From the NCBI GenBank assembly GCA_977862235.1, contig OZ374561.1:1426001-1490000 (forward strand): DNA of 64,000 nt, in the 5' to 3' direction. The translations under genes and the position numbers were made by a program. The number at the start of each line of letters is the position of its first letter. Positions within the stretch are counted from its first letter, which is position 1. This DNA is from Dudresnaya verticillata. Taxonomy: Eukaryota. Below the pieces are notes generated by a model. That model saw only the letters and a list, made by a program, of their open reading frames with translations, made no database searches and was not told the DNA's origin. This document shows positions 12,632-24,305 of the stretch, piece after piece.

Positions 12632-15600
12632 CTGATATCCTAAAAGCGTGTCACGGCCATGCATTTCTCTCCCGTACGGTTCTAGGATGTCTGAGGGCTC
12701 CCTCGAATAGAAAAGCACGGCAACGTTCTTCAGACGCTAAAGTTCAAAGAAGGCGCCGGCATAGTAGACCTGCCAGTCCAATCTGTGCGACTGAGTAAAT
12801 CACCTCAAAACAAGCCTTTAGAAAAACATCAAAATTGTACAAATTTTTATGTCTGCGCAAGAACGCCTTCCCCAACATCTCAACATCTGCGTCGCAATCA
12901 AAACAAACGCCTGAAGGAACGGGCGCAGCTGCTCATGGCTCACCCAAGAACACCCCCATCATGAACGCCTTCTCGTGTTTCTCGATCGATACGGCACAAA
13001 GAGGGCACGCCGCTGTAAACACCGCCAGCACGGCAATGGTGAGTGCGCTGACGAAAAGAAGACGCGCTCAAAGGCTGCTGAGGCCGAAGGAAAGATCCTT
13101 GCTGTGTCCGAGACTCACCGCAACGTAGCGAACGCTAATGTTCATCGCCTCGACCAAGATCAGAAACCCATCGGGCTGAGCGTGAACATATTCACGTGCG
13201 CTGCTTGAGCCGTACCGCAACCCAACTCGAAATGGGACGTGAATTCCACGTCCACGTCCCGTGCAAGCGTGCCGCGTGGCTCTCGCTGAGCCACTCAAAG
13301 AGCTTCTATGCGATTGACTGCTGATCCTAGAACCACAAGCACACAGGGGTTTACTGTTACTCATGCATACCCGTGCTTGGTGCAGGATGAGTGGCACTTC
13401 ATCTCTGACAAGCAACGTCTGGACCGATCAAAGAACGATCGGAAAAGAGCGGTCGCCTTTCACCCCGCGCTTTTGCAAAACACTTGTGCCACCCACAGTG
13501 TGCTTTCAATTCCTTGAACTGCGTACCCTGCTGTTCCTTCGACGGTATTCGACTGGCAAGAAGGCATAGAAGATGCTTAGATGTGCGTCAGTATGCGATG
13601 GGCACCGACGAAGAAGGTGATAGTCATGCCGTGGGCCATCTCGAGATGCCGTGTTGAGAGGTTTGTTTGCCATTTCGCCTGGCGCCCTTGTTCGGGAATA
13701 GAGCTGTCTTCGCTATTACGTACTACAAAGAGAGCCACCCGGGATCTGTGCAGTGCGATCAAAGGGTATGGAGCTCTCAGATTCAGAGCGGTTCGGCTTA
13801 AATCCCTTTGGAGAAAGAGTGGGGTAGACTTCTGTGCAGAGCGAGTTTGCTTGGTGACCGCGCAGTAGCCGTTTCCTGGGTCTTAGCTGCGTTTACTTAA
13901 GTTACATCGCAGTTCTAAGGTAAGCTGGCAGAGACCGAACAACACTTTCCTGGAGCTTGCACTGAGGCAACTTTGAGATCTGGACAAGAACGGGCTTCTG
14001 TTAGGTGTGAGCGAGCATCAAGGACTATTTGCAATTTGGCCGTCTCCGTCAAGCGAGCGGGATATAGTCACAGCGGCAACAACGAAGACACGGGCGGCGA
14101 TCCTCAGGTTCATCGTTTGTAGCAATTGCTCGCAATTGCGCCTGGCTTCTCCAGCTTGGGTTGGAGCCTGACGAATACATCCGCGATGGAGGCTGTTTGA
14201 CTCAAATATCTGGCGCTGTTCTGGGCCTTATTATGATGATCAACTTGGTTACCGTACTAGAAGAATGCGGAGTGTTGCACAGGCATCGAAATTGATACAC
14301 ATGCGCCTGCAGGCAGCCGCGGTGCTGATTTTCCAGTGGGGCTTCAGCAGCTTGCTCGCGCTATTCACAATGCATATGACGATCTGTTTGCGTTCGATGT
14401 TTGGTGATTGCCATGTACATAATGCTTTCATGGTAGCTTCAAGGAACGTCGCGTGTCTGGTGCTGTCGTTGGGATTCTTCAAGCCCTCGGGGAACGTTTG
14501 AGAGATGTCGTGCGAATTGTCTAGTGAATATAGGCGTCTACGAGGCCTCCGAGGTCTTTCCCAAGGTTGCTGGCCAACATGTCAGAAAGCAATATTGTTA
14601 TGCAACCGTTTATTTTGTCGTTTTAGACTGGATTCTTGCTTGCTACGGATGGCGGAATTATTGTCTAACGGGGTGTCGGTGGATAGTCTGCATCAGAATA
14701 TCAAGAACGTTTGTGGAAAGCATTGGATAATGCATTCCGTTGACGATATAGCAGTTCAAAACGTTAAGATCAAAGGGCTGAGATTGATAGCACCTTTCAA
14801 GTTTAGCCTCATTGGAAGGGGCAAACACCGCAACACTGTTGATATGAAGAAACACCACTCCCTTCGTCGCTGGCCTCGAACCGTCACTTGAATTGTACGA
14901 TGGCGCATAAGTTTCGGGTTGCACGGTTGTACAAGTCCATACTGGCCCACAACGCGGCCGGGCGAGGAATCGCACAGGCGTTCTGGAACCATGTGTGGGT
15001 TCATCACCTAGATAGTGAATTCAACTTCGTAACTGGACGGATCACAGAACTTGGTGATTGAAAGCCACATCAAGGGCCCTCCGCTGAAGTTTGGGGCTAG
15101 GCAATATTCTGATGTGAATGCCTTTAGTCCCCGGAAACCAGTGAGTGAATACGACGACATGCAGCAGATGGCAGAGGTGGATGATGTGTTGACAGTGGTT
15201 TACAACAATCTGCAGGTGCAGGTGACCCGCGTCGGCTTTGCCAAGTGGGACAGTTACACGATGCAGCCCGACGCACTAACGATCACATGATGAGTGCTAC
15301 TGAGCTCACGCAGGAGCGATTCCATTCGACACTAAACTGAGTCACTTCAGTGCAGCCTTTGCCACGTCTTGCGTAGTTCAAATCTCTTCTGCTACCCTCG
15401 CTGCCATCGACAAATCCCCATGGCATCGAAAGTCTAGACAGAATGCGGTCGCAACAATCACCGCATGCGTTCTTTATAGAGGAAGCAGGTTGGCTCGTGA
15501 CAAAGGACATGTTTGGGAATCCGGTGCCAGTGGATGATGGCAACAACAATATTGTGCAACGGCACGCTTGTGTCGTTGTGGCAGGGAGCACAGAGCAAGG

Positions 15601-15889
15601 GCTCTCTGCCCAACATGAAGGGACCTTTTAATACCGGGATTTGTCCGGGCAGCTTGGGCCTTCTTTTAAATGAAAATGCGTCAAACAGCAAAAGTGCAAA
15701 CAATGAGGCATGCATTTGGTCGAGCATATCATCTTTCTCAGCTTGCAGTTACCTCTGCTGAGCAGCAACAAATCGCCCCGTCCATGCGAATCCGTTCAAT
15801 AGGAGCTGGACGAAACTATGTATCTCTGAAGTTGCTCATGCACTGATATCTTTTTGGGCTCCTTCATACCTGGCTCTGCTCAGTCTGAA

Positions 15890-17224
15890 ATGTCTTTAAA
15901 CGCTGATACTGAAGAACCAGTGAAACGTCCCGGTCTTTCTCTTCCACAAGCGGCTTTGGTATCTGAGGATGAGTATGAAGGCCTTAGTATCATCGAGGTT
16001 ACGCCTCGCAACGACGAGGAAATCCCAATGCGTACGATGACATCTAGAGCATTGGATTCGGAAGAAGAGGATGGTCGCCCCCCGCATCTTAACAGATCGT
16101 GCTCAGGGTCCTCGCTTGCGTTCTCAACGGCGTCAGGGCAAGACAGGCCGAGGGCAGAATCGAAAAAGGATTCAATCCCGCGCTCCATGGGGTCATTTCT
16201 ATCGAACTTGACCAGAGGGTGGAGCAGATCTGCTGCTGGAGATTCAAAACCTGCTGATGATGTAGAGACAGATTCTCCTTCTTCCATCATGGCTGGAAAG
16301 AGTCCGAAAAGAAGACTCAAGTCGACCCGTCTCACAGAAGCAGAGGAGAAGGAGTTGCTGAAAAGACCGATCTTTAGCTCCATCGATGGCCCGGACGCGC
16401 AGGAGTTTCAAGAATATATTAAGGAGGACGGTGGTGACAGTCATCGAATACCTGTGCTGTGTCTTGTTGACTATGGTGGACGTGACGCCTACGCATCTGA
16501 CATCTTTGTACTAATGCACAACACAATCCGGCGCGAGCTTTTCGACGTGTTTGAGATTGTGAAAGTAATTCGCCAGGATTACCTCTCCATGGTGCTGAAC
16601 GATGTTTACAACTTGAGGAAGTGGTGGAGGTTTTTCGTAATCCTTTGGAAGGAGTTTGTTGGTTTTGAGAAGGCGCTTCTAAACCCGATGATTCAGAAAA
16701 TTTGCTTAGTCGATGGGCGCAGCGATGTGCTCTGCAAGAGACTAGGGCCGTTGCGAGAAATGAGCGAATGGCTGGACCTCAAAATGGAAGAGATCACAAG
16801 TTACATCGAAGAATTCGAGAGGCTGCCAGCAGGGAGAGCTTTAGTACTGTTTTGCAGGACTGTCGATGCATTTGCGGATCGGGCAATGCTATACTTCGCT
16901 GGACAAGAACGCGTACTACCACCGTTTGTTGAAAACTATCATGGCGAAGAGGTGAAGCTTTTGGTGGAACGACAGTTGCTGGATAGGCTGCGAAAAAACA
17001 CCCATTTTCCTGAGCTTGCTGTCTCCATTGTGCGATGGATGGGAACCGTACAAGGGTATTCTAGCCCGAGGACGCAGACACGAGAGAGAGAAAAGTGGTT
17101 GAATTCACACTTGTTTTGGGCAGAGCGGCAGAACTTGTCCAGATATTACCAAAGGTATGAAGCATCACATGGAAGCGCGCTGTCACATTTCCGAACTCGA
17201 TTGCAAAACTCTGACTCGTTATAG
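15890..17224 (+). CDS. Hypothetical protein with disordered N-terminus and degenerate hemerythrin(HHE)-like helical domain
   Basis: 444-aa ORF from ATG 15890; motifs LMHNTIRRELFD, FEKALLNP, YFAGQERVLPP resemble HHE repeats. The coding call is solid, the domain call tentative. Confidence 0.75.
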   Translation: MSLNADTEEPVKRPGLSLPQAALVSEDEYEGLSIIEVTPRNDEEIPMRTMTSRALDSEEEDGRPPHLNRSCSGSSLAFSTASGQDRPRAESKKDSIPRSMGSFLSNLTRGWSRSAAGDSKPADDVETDSPSSIMAGKSPKRRLKSTRLTEAEEKELLKRPIFSSIDGPDAQEFQEYIKEDGGDSHRIPVLCLVDYGGRDAYASDIFVLMHNTIRRELFDVFEIVKVIRQDYLSMVLNDVYNLRKWWRFFVILWKEFVGFEKALLNPMIQKICLVDGRSDVLCKRLGPLREMSEWLDLKMEEITSYIEEFERLPAGRALVLFCRTVDAFADRAMLYFAGQERVLPPFVENYHGEEVKLLVERQLLDRLRKNTHFPELAVSIVRWMGTVQGYSSPRTQTREREKWLNSHLFWAERQNLSRYYQRYEASHGSALSHFRTRLQNSDSL

Positions 17225-17667
17225 AGAGATACCCCCTTCGATATAAAGAGGACAGTACTGCACGACATATTATCAACTCTGGAGTACGCAACTCACTTTC
17301 AGCTTGCTTCAAACCCCAGCTCGTCTCCGTCCAAACCGATACCTGTGACGTTTCCACAACCATATCGATTCACATATGAAAAACTGAAGCAGTGACTCCG
17401 ACCGGCAGCACGTGAACCAAGGACTGCTAATAGCATGCTCTTCTGATACAATACTCGAAGGCCCGTTTCGGAGTCTGTCTCAATAGGGGTAACATTCTGG
17501 CCTTTGGAGTATATGGTGTTCTCACCTTGTTTGGCACGAGGATGTGTCAATCGAGCTTTGTATGATGGCACAGGCAAAAGAATGCTTAAAGCACTAGCAG
17601 CTCATGTGGACGGCTCGGTGCTCGACCAATGCCTCACCGCAAGCTGGGCTGCGCAGAATGGCACTTG

Positions 17668-19680
17668 TCATGTAACAGGCGCAGCTCTTGAGCCAGTAGA
17701 AGCCCTGGCTTTCCTCGAACCGCTTCTCCTATTCTGCCGTCGATCTCCTTCAGGAAGAGACCCCGCCCGCGCAGTGGTGATGCCTTTCTTCAGGGATTCG
17801 CTAACGGAGAACCCTGGGCTAACACTTGAAAAGCCAAATCCATACGCCAAACAGGCATCTACATTTTCTCCGGCTAGGCGCTCACCTCTCGCACCTTTCC
17901 CTGCAGCGTCGGCTTCCTTCTTCGAGCTGGGATGCGTGAGAGTGTCAGTATGAGTGGAAGAGCATGACCCGATCTCATTGGAGCCCTTGCTGTCCCTGAA
18001 GAACAATCTGTTCAGTTTTCCCCGTTTGCTATCACGCCTGGAGAGGCCCTCGGGCAAAACTGGTACAGAAAAGGTCTGTCGAATGTCCTGCTCGCTGAGG
18101 TCGAGCAATTCCACAGCCTTCTGCTTTCCAATCTTGAGGGCTGCTGGTCCTTCGCGACGCTCTAGTTCATACCAGTTGATATGTGCCAGCCAAGGGTGCT
18201 TGCGGACTTCAGCGAGTCCTAGAGAGCCGCACCCAAGACGTGATGACACATCGCGCTTCAAAAGCTGGGCGACAAAATCTCTTGCATCCGTGTCTTCGAT
18301 CTCCGAGGACTCGCCCAGAACATGTGTCGAAAAGTTAATTGAGCTGTCATCGTCACCACTTGCCGGTTCGTGGGAGGCTATCTGTTCTGTTTCGAAGGGA
18401 AAGTTGCCAGTGAGCAGAAAGTAAGAAAGCACTCCCAATCCCCACATATCTATGGACACGTCTGACAAACTCGGGTGTGCTGGTTCCTTTTCTTCGTCTT
18501 GCATGGGCTTCTCCCCTTCCCCGAATAGCGCCCCCGTGTCTGTGTCGTGATCTTGTCCATCAGCGGATATAGCCACATCGCCATCCTTCACCTTCACGGC
18601 GTTCTCAGTCGAGCTCTTCAGAGATGCGCTGGACCCAACATCCGCCTCCCCGGCCACCTCCCTGCTGCTGTCGCCCGCACTCTGGACGCAAGCCTTCTCC
18701 TCGCCCTCAGACAGAATACCTCCCCTTTGCGGACTCTCGCCTCGCTCCAGACCCCTGCTCCGGAAGGTCACAGCATCGCGCACAAGACGTGTGTCCAGCA
18801 CCGGTGCAGGACCAAAAGAAGCAAGCCTAACCCAGCCACAACCATCCACGAGTACATTCTCCGGCCTCAGTCCTGTCCCTGGTCCATTATTCGCACAAGC
18901 GCCCATAGCGTACAACCGCTGCACAGCGGACAATACCTGCGCGACTACCGCGGCCGCCTCAGCGATAGCGAGTGGCTTTCCGCGGCCGCGGACAAGGTTG
19001 AATAGATCACCGCCAGTGCAGTGCTCCAGCAGCAGAGCGGCTGCGTCCGACGTGACGATGGCATGGCGCAGATCGGGCAAGAAGGGATGACCGCGCGCGC
19101 GAGTGAGCAGAGCGCGGTCGGAGATGACGCGTCTTGTCCAGTGGACTATATCTGCATCATCTCTAGGTCGTGGTAAGAGCTTTAAGGCTAGCGACTCACC
19201 AGTGGTGGTGTCACGCACTAGGAAGACCTTTGAGCGGGTGCCAGAGGCTAGCGTGCGGAGGATGGTAAAGCGCGAAAGGGCCGGTGTCGGCGGGAGCGTG
19301 GCACGCGTGAGAGCCGAAGCGATGGCAGAGAACGTGGCCGGAGGCGCTGTGAGTAGCACGCCAGGGAGGGCCAGTACACCGCGGCGGAGGAGGGTTGGTC
19401 TGCGGAGCGGTAGTATGCCGAGGGTGGGCGGAGAAGGCGGCGGGACGCGGATGAGCAGAGTGTTGTGGCCAAGCTGAAGCAGCGCCTTGTACGTGACGAT
19501 TGCAGGGGAGGATTCCGTGTGCGGCGCGATGCGAGCCGTGAACGGCGGGGAAGTTGGCAACTGGGAGAGCAGAGAGAGCGATAGCTCCGGGTTGGGAAGA
19601 GTGTCCGACCAGATTACTGGAGTGTCGCGCAGAGCGAGGACCAGGCGCTTGTGTGGGGTAAGGCGGCGAGGAGAAGACAT
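17668..19680 (-). CDS. AGC-like Ser/Thr protein kinase fold, probable pseudokinase
   Basis: 670 aa; FTILRTLASGTRSKVFLV, ALK, HPFL, LEHCTGGDLF, LRPENVLVD, DMWGLGV, RLGCG..EVRKHPWLAHINW; HRD, DFG and Gly-loop are degenerate. Confidence 0.9.
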   Translation of the reverse strand: MSSPRRLTPHKRLVLALRDTPVIWSDTLPNPELSLSLLSQLPTSPPFTARIAPHTESSPAIVTYKALLQLGHNTLLIRVPPPSPPTLGILPLRRPTLLRRGVLALPGVLLTAPPATFSAIASALTRATLPPTPALSRFTILRTLASGTRSKVFLVRDTTTGESLALKLLPRPRDDADIVHWTRRVISDRALLTRARGHPFLPDLRHAIVTSDAAALLLEHCTGGDLFNLVRGRGKPLAIAEAAAVVAQVLSAVQRLYAMGACANNGPGTGLRPENVLVDGCGWVRLASFGPAPVLDTRLVRDAVTFRSRGLERGESPQRGGILSEGEEKACVQSAGDSSREVAGEADVGSSASLKSSTENAVKVKDGDVAISADGQDHDTDTGALFGEGEKPMQDEEKEPAHPSLSDVSIDMWGLGVLSYFLLTGNFPFETEQIASHEPASGDDDSSINFSTHVLGESSEIEDTDARDFVAQLLKRDVSSRLGCGSLGLAEVRKHPWLAHINWYELERREGPAALKIGKQKAVELLDLSEQDIRQTFSVPVLPEGLSRRDSKRGKLNRLFFRDSKGSNEIGSCSSTHTDTLTHPSSKKEADAAGKGARGERLAGENVDACLAYGFGFSSVSPGFSVSESLKKGITTARAGSLPEGDRRQNRRSGSRKARASTGSRAAPVT

Positions 19681-19960
19681 TTCGAGCAGGTAGGGGCGTG
19701 GTTATCTTCGCGTGAGGTGCCGCTGCGAGGCGAGTGCAGTGGTCCGAGTGCACCCAAGTCGGTTAATATCACGGGAGCTTGGAGCAGAATAATAGTTTCT
19801 GCCGCAGGTGAGTACCGTCTGCACTCCACCTTTAACCCGTAAAACCCGAGAGGGCAACTGCCCGACTGCGCGCCACGCGGCTTCCAGCCGTGCAGGGCGA
19901 GAGGCAGCCTGCGGCTTTCTTACCCAAAGGTGCCTCAGTGGTGGCCCTTACACTCGAAAA

Positions 19961-21697
19961 TCACTGCCCCAAATCACCTCGCTCGACAGGCGGGATCACA
20001 CGCACCACGCGCTCGAGAGTTGCGCGCAGCCCCTTCTTGTCCACCGTCCGCTCAAAAACGCGATTAACTGGTTCGTCGCCTTGCACCTGTGCTTCTCCGT
20101 CGCCATCCGCACGGCGCACCAGCCACCGCCATACCGTGTCTACAGCGCGATCGATCACATACGCCCGGTCTCCCGCCACCGAGTCACCCGCCGCGAGATG
20201 CCCCAGGCAAAAGTCTAGCGCCTTTCCCCGTCGCCCCACTTGTTCGTAGCTCAACACTGCCAAAACGAGTCTCACATCCACTCCACGCCCATCTGCGTCT
20301 GCCACACGCCGGTCGATCCATTCTATAGCGTCCTCCAATTTTCCAGCCGCGCACCACCGATGTAGCACGGCCGCTTGTTCCCGTGGCTCGTCGCCGCCCA
20401 GCGCCAGCTTATCCGCCTCGGTATCATCCACCCATCGCAGCGCGTTGCGTCGCCATCGTGCAATCTCTGCTTCGCTAAATTCGCTCTCGAGCCTTGCACG
20501 TAGCGTCCTATGAGCCGCCAAGGCACCCCAAAGCGCGCCAGCCGCCGTCCCATCCGGCTTTCCAAACCACGCACGGCGGAGCTCTCTCCACGCGCGCAGC
20601 GCGGCATCGACTCGGCCCTCCCTCGCGCAGATCATGACAAGCGCATGCAGGCCGGCGCGCGACACGCCTACGCCGCGGCGGTAGAACCAGTCGAGCGTAT
20701 CGAATGCGCGCATCACCCCTTCATCTCTGCCGCCAACTCGCAGAAATGCCTGCACGAACTGTGAGCCAACGTGCGCCGAGAGTCGCACGCGCGATGACTC
20801 GCCCTGGACCAGGCGCAGCACCGCGGCCACACTATCCACACACGGCGCCTGCGCGAGCAGAATGTCGAGCGTGTCAGCGTTGACGCGAACGCCGCGTACA
20901 GCCATGTCGGACAGGACTCCGCGCGCGCGCACGCCATCACCCGCAGCGAAGCACTGGCGCAGGACGGCGTGCAACATGGGGCGGTTCGGCTCGACGCCAA
21001 CGGCGACTGCGCGGTGCAGCAAGCCCAGAGCGAGCTCGAGCGAGTCGCAGCGCTCGATAAGCAGAGAATAAGTCCCACGACGCAGCCGTGTCTCCAGCAA
21101 GCGCGAGAGCAATTCTCCGCGGAAGGCGGCCGCGTTCTCACCGCGAGCCAGCATGCCACGCACGAGCACATCCAGAACCATACCGACGTCATTGCTGCGC
21201 AGGCGATGCAGAGCCTCCTCTTCGGTCAGACAGGCCATGACGGCGTCGAGCAATGCGGCGTCACGAGCAGCCACAGCCTGCACGGCGGAAACAGCGACGG
21301 CGCGGAGGCAGACGTCGGGGTCGACGGTGGGCGGGGCGTTGACGGTATCGCGCAGGACGGCGGCGAGGCGATCGCGGTCTGCGTAGCGGGCGTGGCGCGC
21401 GGCTTGCGCGGCGAGGCGGGCCGTGTACGCCTTAGCGACCGGGGCCGGGCGCGTGCGCGTGCGCGTGCTGCGGGTGGGGGCGTCCGAGTGGGGCGGCGGC
21501 GGAGGGGATGCGACCGACTTGAGCAGCAGGTCGCGGTACGGCAGGACCGGGCGCATGTCGGCCTCCGGCGCGTGCACGCGGCCCACCTGCGCGAGACGCG
21601 GCAACGCCGAGCGGCGATGCGCGCGGTTGCGACGGCGCGCCGCGGTTTGGGAGACGGAGGAAAGTGCCCGCCATGCAGAGAGCGGCGGCTTGGGCAT
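19961..21697 (-). CDS. Pentatricopeptide(PPR)-like helical-repeat protein, possibly organelle-targeted
   Basis: ATG 21697; Arg/Ser/Ala-rich N-terminus; ~35-aa repeats such as TYSLLIERC..ALGLLHRAVAVGVEPN, MLHAVLRQCFAAGDGVRARGVLSDMAVRGVRVN, LHALVMICAREGRVDAALRAWREL. Confidence 0.8.
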   Translation of the reverse strand: MPKPPLSAWRALSSVSQTAARRRNRAHRRSALPRLAQVGRVHAPEADMRPVLPYRDLLLKSVASPPPPPHSDAPTRSTRTRTRPAPVAKAYTARLAAQAARHARYADRDRLAAVLRDTVNAPPTVDPDVCLRAVAVSAVQAVAARDAALLDAVMACLTEEEALHRLRSNDVGMVLDVLVRGMLARGENAAAFRGELLSRLLETRLRRGTYSLLIERCDSLELALGLLHRAVAVGVEPNRPMLHAVLRQCFAAGDGVRARGVLSDMAVRGVRVNADTLDILLAQAPCVDSVAAVLRLVQGESSRVRLSAHVGSQFVQAFLRVGGRDEGVMRAFDTLDWFYRRGVGVSRAGLHALVMICAREGRVDAALRAWRELRRAWFGKPDGTAAGALWGALAAHRTLRARLESEFSEAEIARWRRNALRWVDDTEADKLALGGDEPREQAAVLHRWCAAGKLEDAIEWIDRRVADADGRGVDVRLVLAVLSYEQVGRRGKALDFCLGHLAAGDSVAGDRAYVIDRAVDTVWRWLVRRADGDGEAQVQGDEPVNRVFERTVDKKGLRATLERVVRVIPPVERGDLGQ

Positions 21698-21882
21698 GTC
21701 GGCGGGTGGGACGGGGGTGCTGATGCAACCACGGTTGAGATGGGGCGTGTGGTGGTTTGAAGTAGGGACGTTTTCGTCCTCTTCCGGAAACGAAATTCGC
21801 CACTTTCCGTAGGTGGCTTTTTCAAGAGCGAGGAGAGACGGCACAACCGACTGCCTTTAATGTACTATCTACTACTGCAATG

Positions 21883-21959
21883 CACTCATCAAGGGTACCC
21901 TTGAGGGTCCCTTGAGGGTACCCTTGATGAGTGTTACTTTAAGGTACCCTTAAGGGTAC
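21883..21959. repeat. Inverted repeat built from tandem palindromic AGGGTACCCT units
   Basis: cactcatcaagggtaccct (21883-21901) is the exact reverse complement of agggtacccttgatgagtg (21915-21933); further copies at 21904 and 21941-21959. Confidence 0.9.
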
Positions 21960-22675
21960 AACCCGCGACATGCAATGCTTTGTAGGGAAAAGCAACTTTC
22001 ATCTACACAAGATGTATCTCTATCACTCCATTCACAAAGCATTCCATCTGTCACGTATTATTCACAAGTCTCCCTTTGAGCTCGGTAACGTCTTTTAGAG
22101 TGCCTTCCTAGTAGCAACAGTACAAAAGCATAAACACAACGATCAGAAATTGCACCAGTCTGAATTACATTCTCGTCTCAGTTCGGTGTGAGAACAGATA
22201 CTACAGAACGCTGTGTATCCCGTTTTCTTCTCACCTCTGTGGGCACACTTCAAAGAATAATTACAAGCAATTCCTTTCCATGTTCGCTCTATGGAGCAGC
22301 AACCTAATAATTCGATTATCTTCGGCAGTGAGATCCACAGATGAGCAGCAGATGGTCCTACGGAGGGGTCTTCTTTGAATTATTGACCTCATTGCCCCTG
22401 AACTAGGGGAATAGATGGAGAGCATCATTGCACTCGGGGGCCGCCTGTTCTAGCTCAACGAGAGGTATAAAAGAAGCCATCATTTCCCACAAGGCACCCT
22501 TCCTCTCCCCCCATCGAAGAATAAAGAAAGCAAGTCGCACCAAAGAACATTACTTTCTTTATCCTTTGCTGCCCATTTCCTTCTCACTGCTGTGTAGCTG
22601 CTCATTGTCCCACACGGACAAGTCACGTCAAGTTCTTGCTTATCCTCTTGCTCGTGTTACGCGCTACAGGTGCAA

Positions 22676-23752
22676 ATGTCGCGTCTAAACAGGAATTTCT
22701 GTGGGCCCCTGTCCGCAAGGGAGCTAAAGATGGCCTACAACGAGCTCAGCAAAGAACTACAAGCGGAGCGCAAAAAGTTTGCCAATGAACGACACATTCG
22801 AAACGCGCTTGAAGGCTTGCTTTCTGTGTCGAAAGAGGATGCAGGCCAGCAGTGCCAGGCTGTGCAGTACCAGAGAAAGCTGCGGTACGGTGTTGAGAAC
22901 GAGCTGCGATCCCTACGCGTACAGCTGCGAGAAAGAGAGCTCGACATTGAAGCACTCTACGACGACCTCGACGACCGAGAGTTTCAAATAAATATTTTGG
23001 AAGGACGATTCCGGAGCTGCAGCTGCTCAGGAACAGTCCCTCCAGAAGTCGTATCCAACGAATCCCCAGAGTCGACGGGTCCTTGTGCTGAGCATTTGCC
23101 CATTCCAAGGTCGACCAGCTGGGATGGCAAGACAACCTCACTTTCCGGCTATTCCGAACACGTGAGCGTGTTTGACGCTTCAAGGGGTGTGTTCGAAGGT
23201 GGTTCGAGTGGTCATGAGTTGCTCGACGCAGGCCGCGATAGCAATGGAAGCAGCTCTACGGATAACAACCACCAGACAGCATTTGAAAACTACGTGGGCC
23301 AGGCGGATGTGAGAGCTGGAACGGACAATCAGGGAGGATATGAGGGTTTGGATGATGGGAAAGGTGAGAGCAGCGCTGTCGGCGCTGTGCAGACAACGAT
23401 TGCGCCCCAGGCAACTCCGGCCGAAAACTGCGGCCAAATCGAGTGGCGGGCAGCGGCTATACCGGCGGCATCTGCGCAGGCGACGATTACCCACCGAGCA
23501 GCTTCAGCCGGAAACCGTGTCCGAGACGGACGGCGGGCAGGAGCGGTAACGGTGGTAGCTACGCTGGCGACAGGTGGGGGTAGGCGCGGACGGCGTCGCC
23601 AGAATTGGCGTGGGGGAAATGGAGGTATTTGGCGAGGCCTACGACGAGGCATTAAATGGACGTGGCGCAGAGTTTGCCGTTTTGTGCGCGGGCTTTTCAG
23701 TCGCGACGACGGCGCGCAGTGGCGGTACCCATCAACTGCCCACACACAGTGA
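22676..23752 (+). CDS. Hypothetical coiled-coil protein
   Basis: 358-aa ORF from ATG 22676; heptad-rich N-terminal third, low-complexity middle, basic amphipathic C-terminus; TATAAAAG at ~22466. Confidence 0.7.
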   Translation: MSRLNRNFCGPLSARELKMAYNELSKELQAERKKFANERHIRNALEGLLSVSKEDAGQQCQAVQYQRKLRYGVENELRSLRVQLRERELDIEALYDDLDDREFQINILEGRFRSCSCSGTVPPEVVSNESPESTGPCAEHLPIPRSTSWDGKTTSLSGYSEHVSVFDASRGVFEGGSSGHELLDAGRDSNGSSSTDNNHQTAFENYVGQADVRAGTDNQGGYEGLDDGKGESSAVGAVQTTIAPQATPAENCGQIEWRAAAIPAASAQATITHRAASAGNRVRDGRRAGAVTVVATLATGGGRRGRRRQNWRGGNGGIWRGLRRGIKWTWRRVCRFVRGLFSRDDGAQWRYPSTAHTQ

Positions 23753-24305
23753 GGTCGGGCGCAGCAGCCGGCGCAGGCCTGAGAACCCTTGGGCAATTCC
23801 CACGGTTTGACCGGACAGGCTTTGTGAAGGGGAAAAGGATTGGTGCTAACGCGGTGCGGGTTTCTCCGCAGGGCGGGGAGAGGGGGTTTTGGAGCTGGGA
23901 AAGAATGGATATATGTCGTTTTTGAGAATGTTTTTGTTGTTATCGTGTGCTTGCACGAGTGCTTAATGAAATAAAGCCGTGGAAGTCTACACAAGAAGAA
24001 AGAAGAACACGAGTGTTCTAGAGATAGAGAGAGAGCGCGCCATCTTCCGCACCAGTTGCACACGGTAGGCGCAGAATGGTGGCCGGACGAACTTCGTCAT
24101 CGTCGCCGCGCTTGAAGCTCAAAGTGTCGAAGCTCCATGGAAGCTCAATGCGCATGAGCACCGCCCGACTGTTTTTTTGCTGTTTTTTTTTTGAACCAAA
24201 TTCAGGAGGCTCGGCGCGGCCCAAACTACAGCACACACAGCAAGACGACGCAGCCCGCGTTCTCCCTTCCCGAACAAACCGCAAAGCGATCCTCATCACC
24301 ACGAA

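Noticed and set aside
12835..13208. Possible Harbinger-associated protein remnant
   Set aside because: Only compositional resemblance; no diagnostic motif or TIR found
20969..21760. 263-aa plus-strand ORF and similar overlapping ORFs at 28.8-32.7 kb
   Set aside because: Shadows of real genes in very GC-rich DNA where stops are rare
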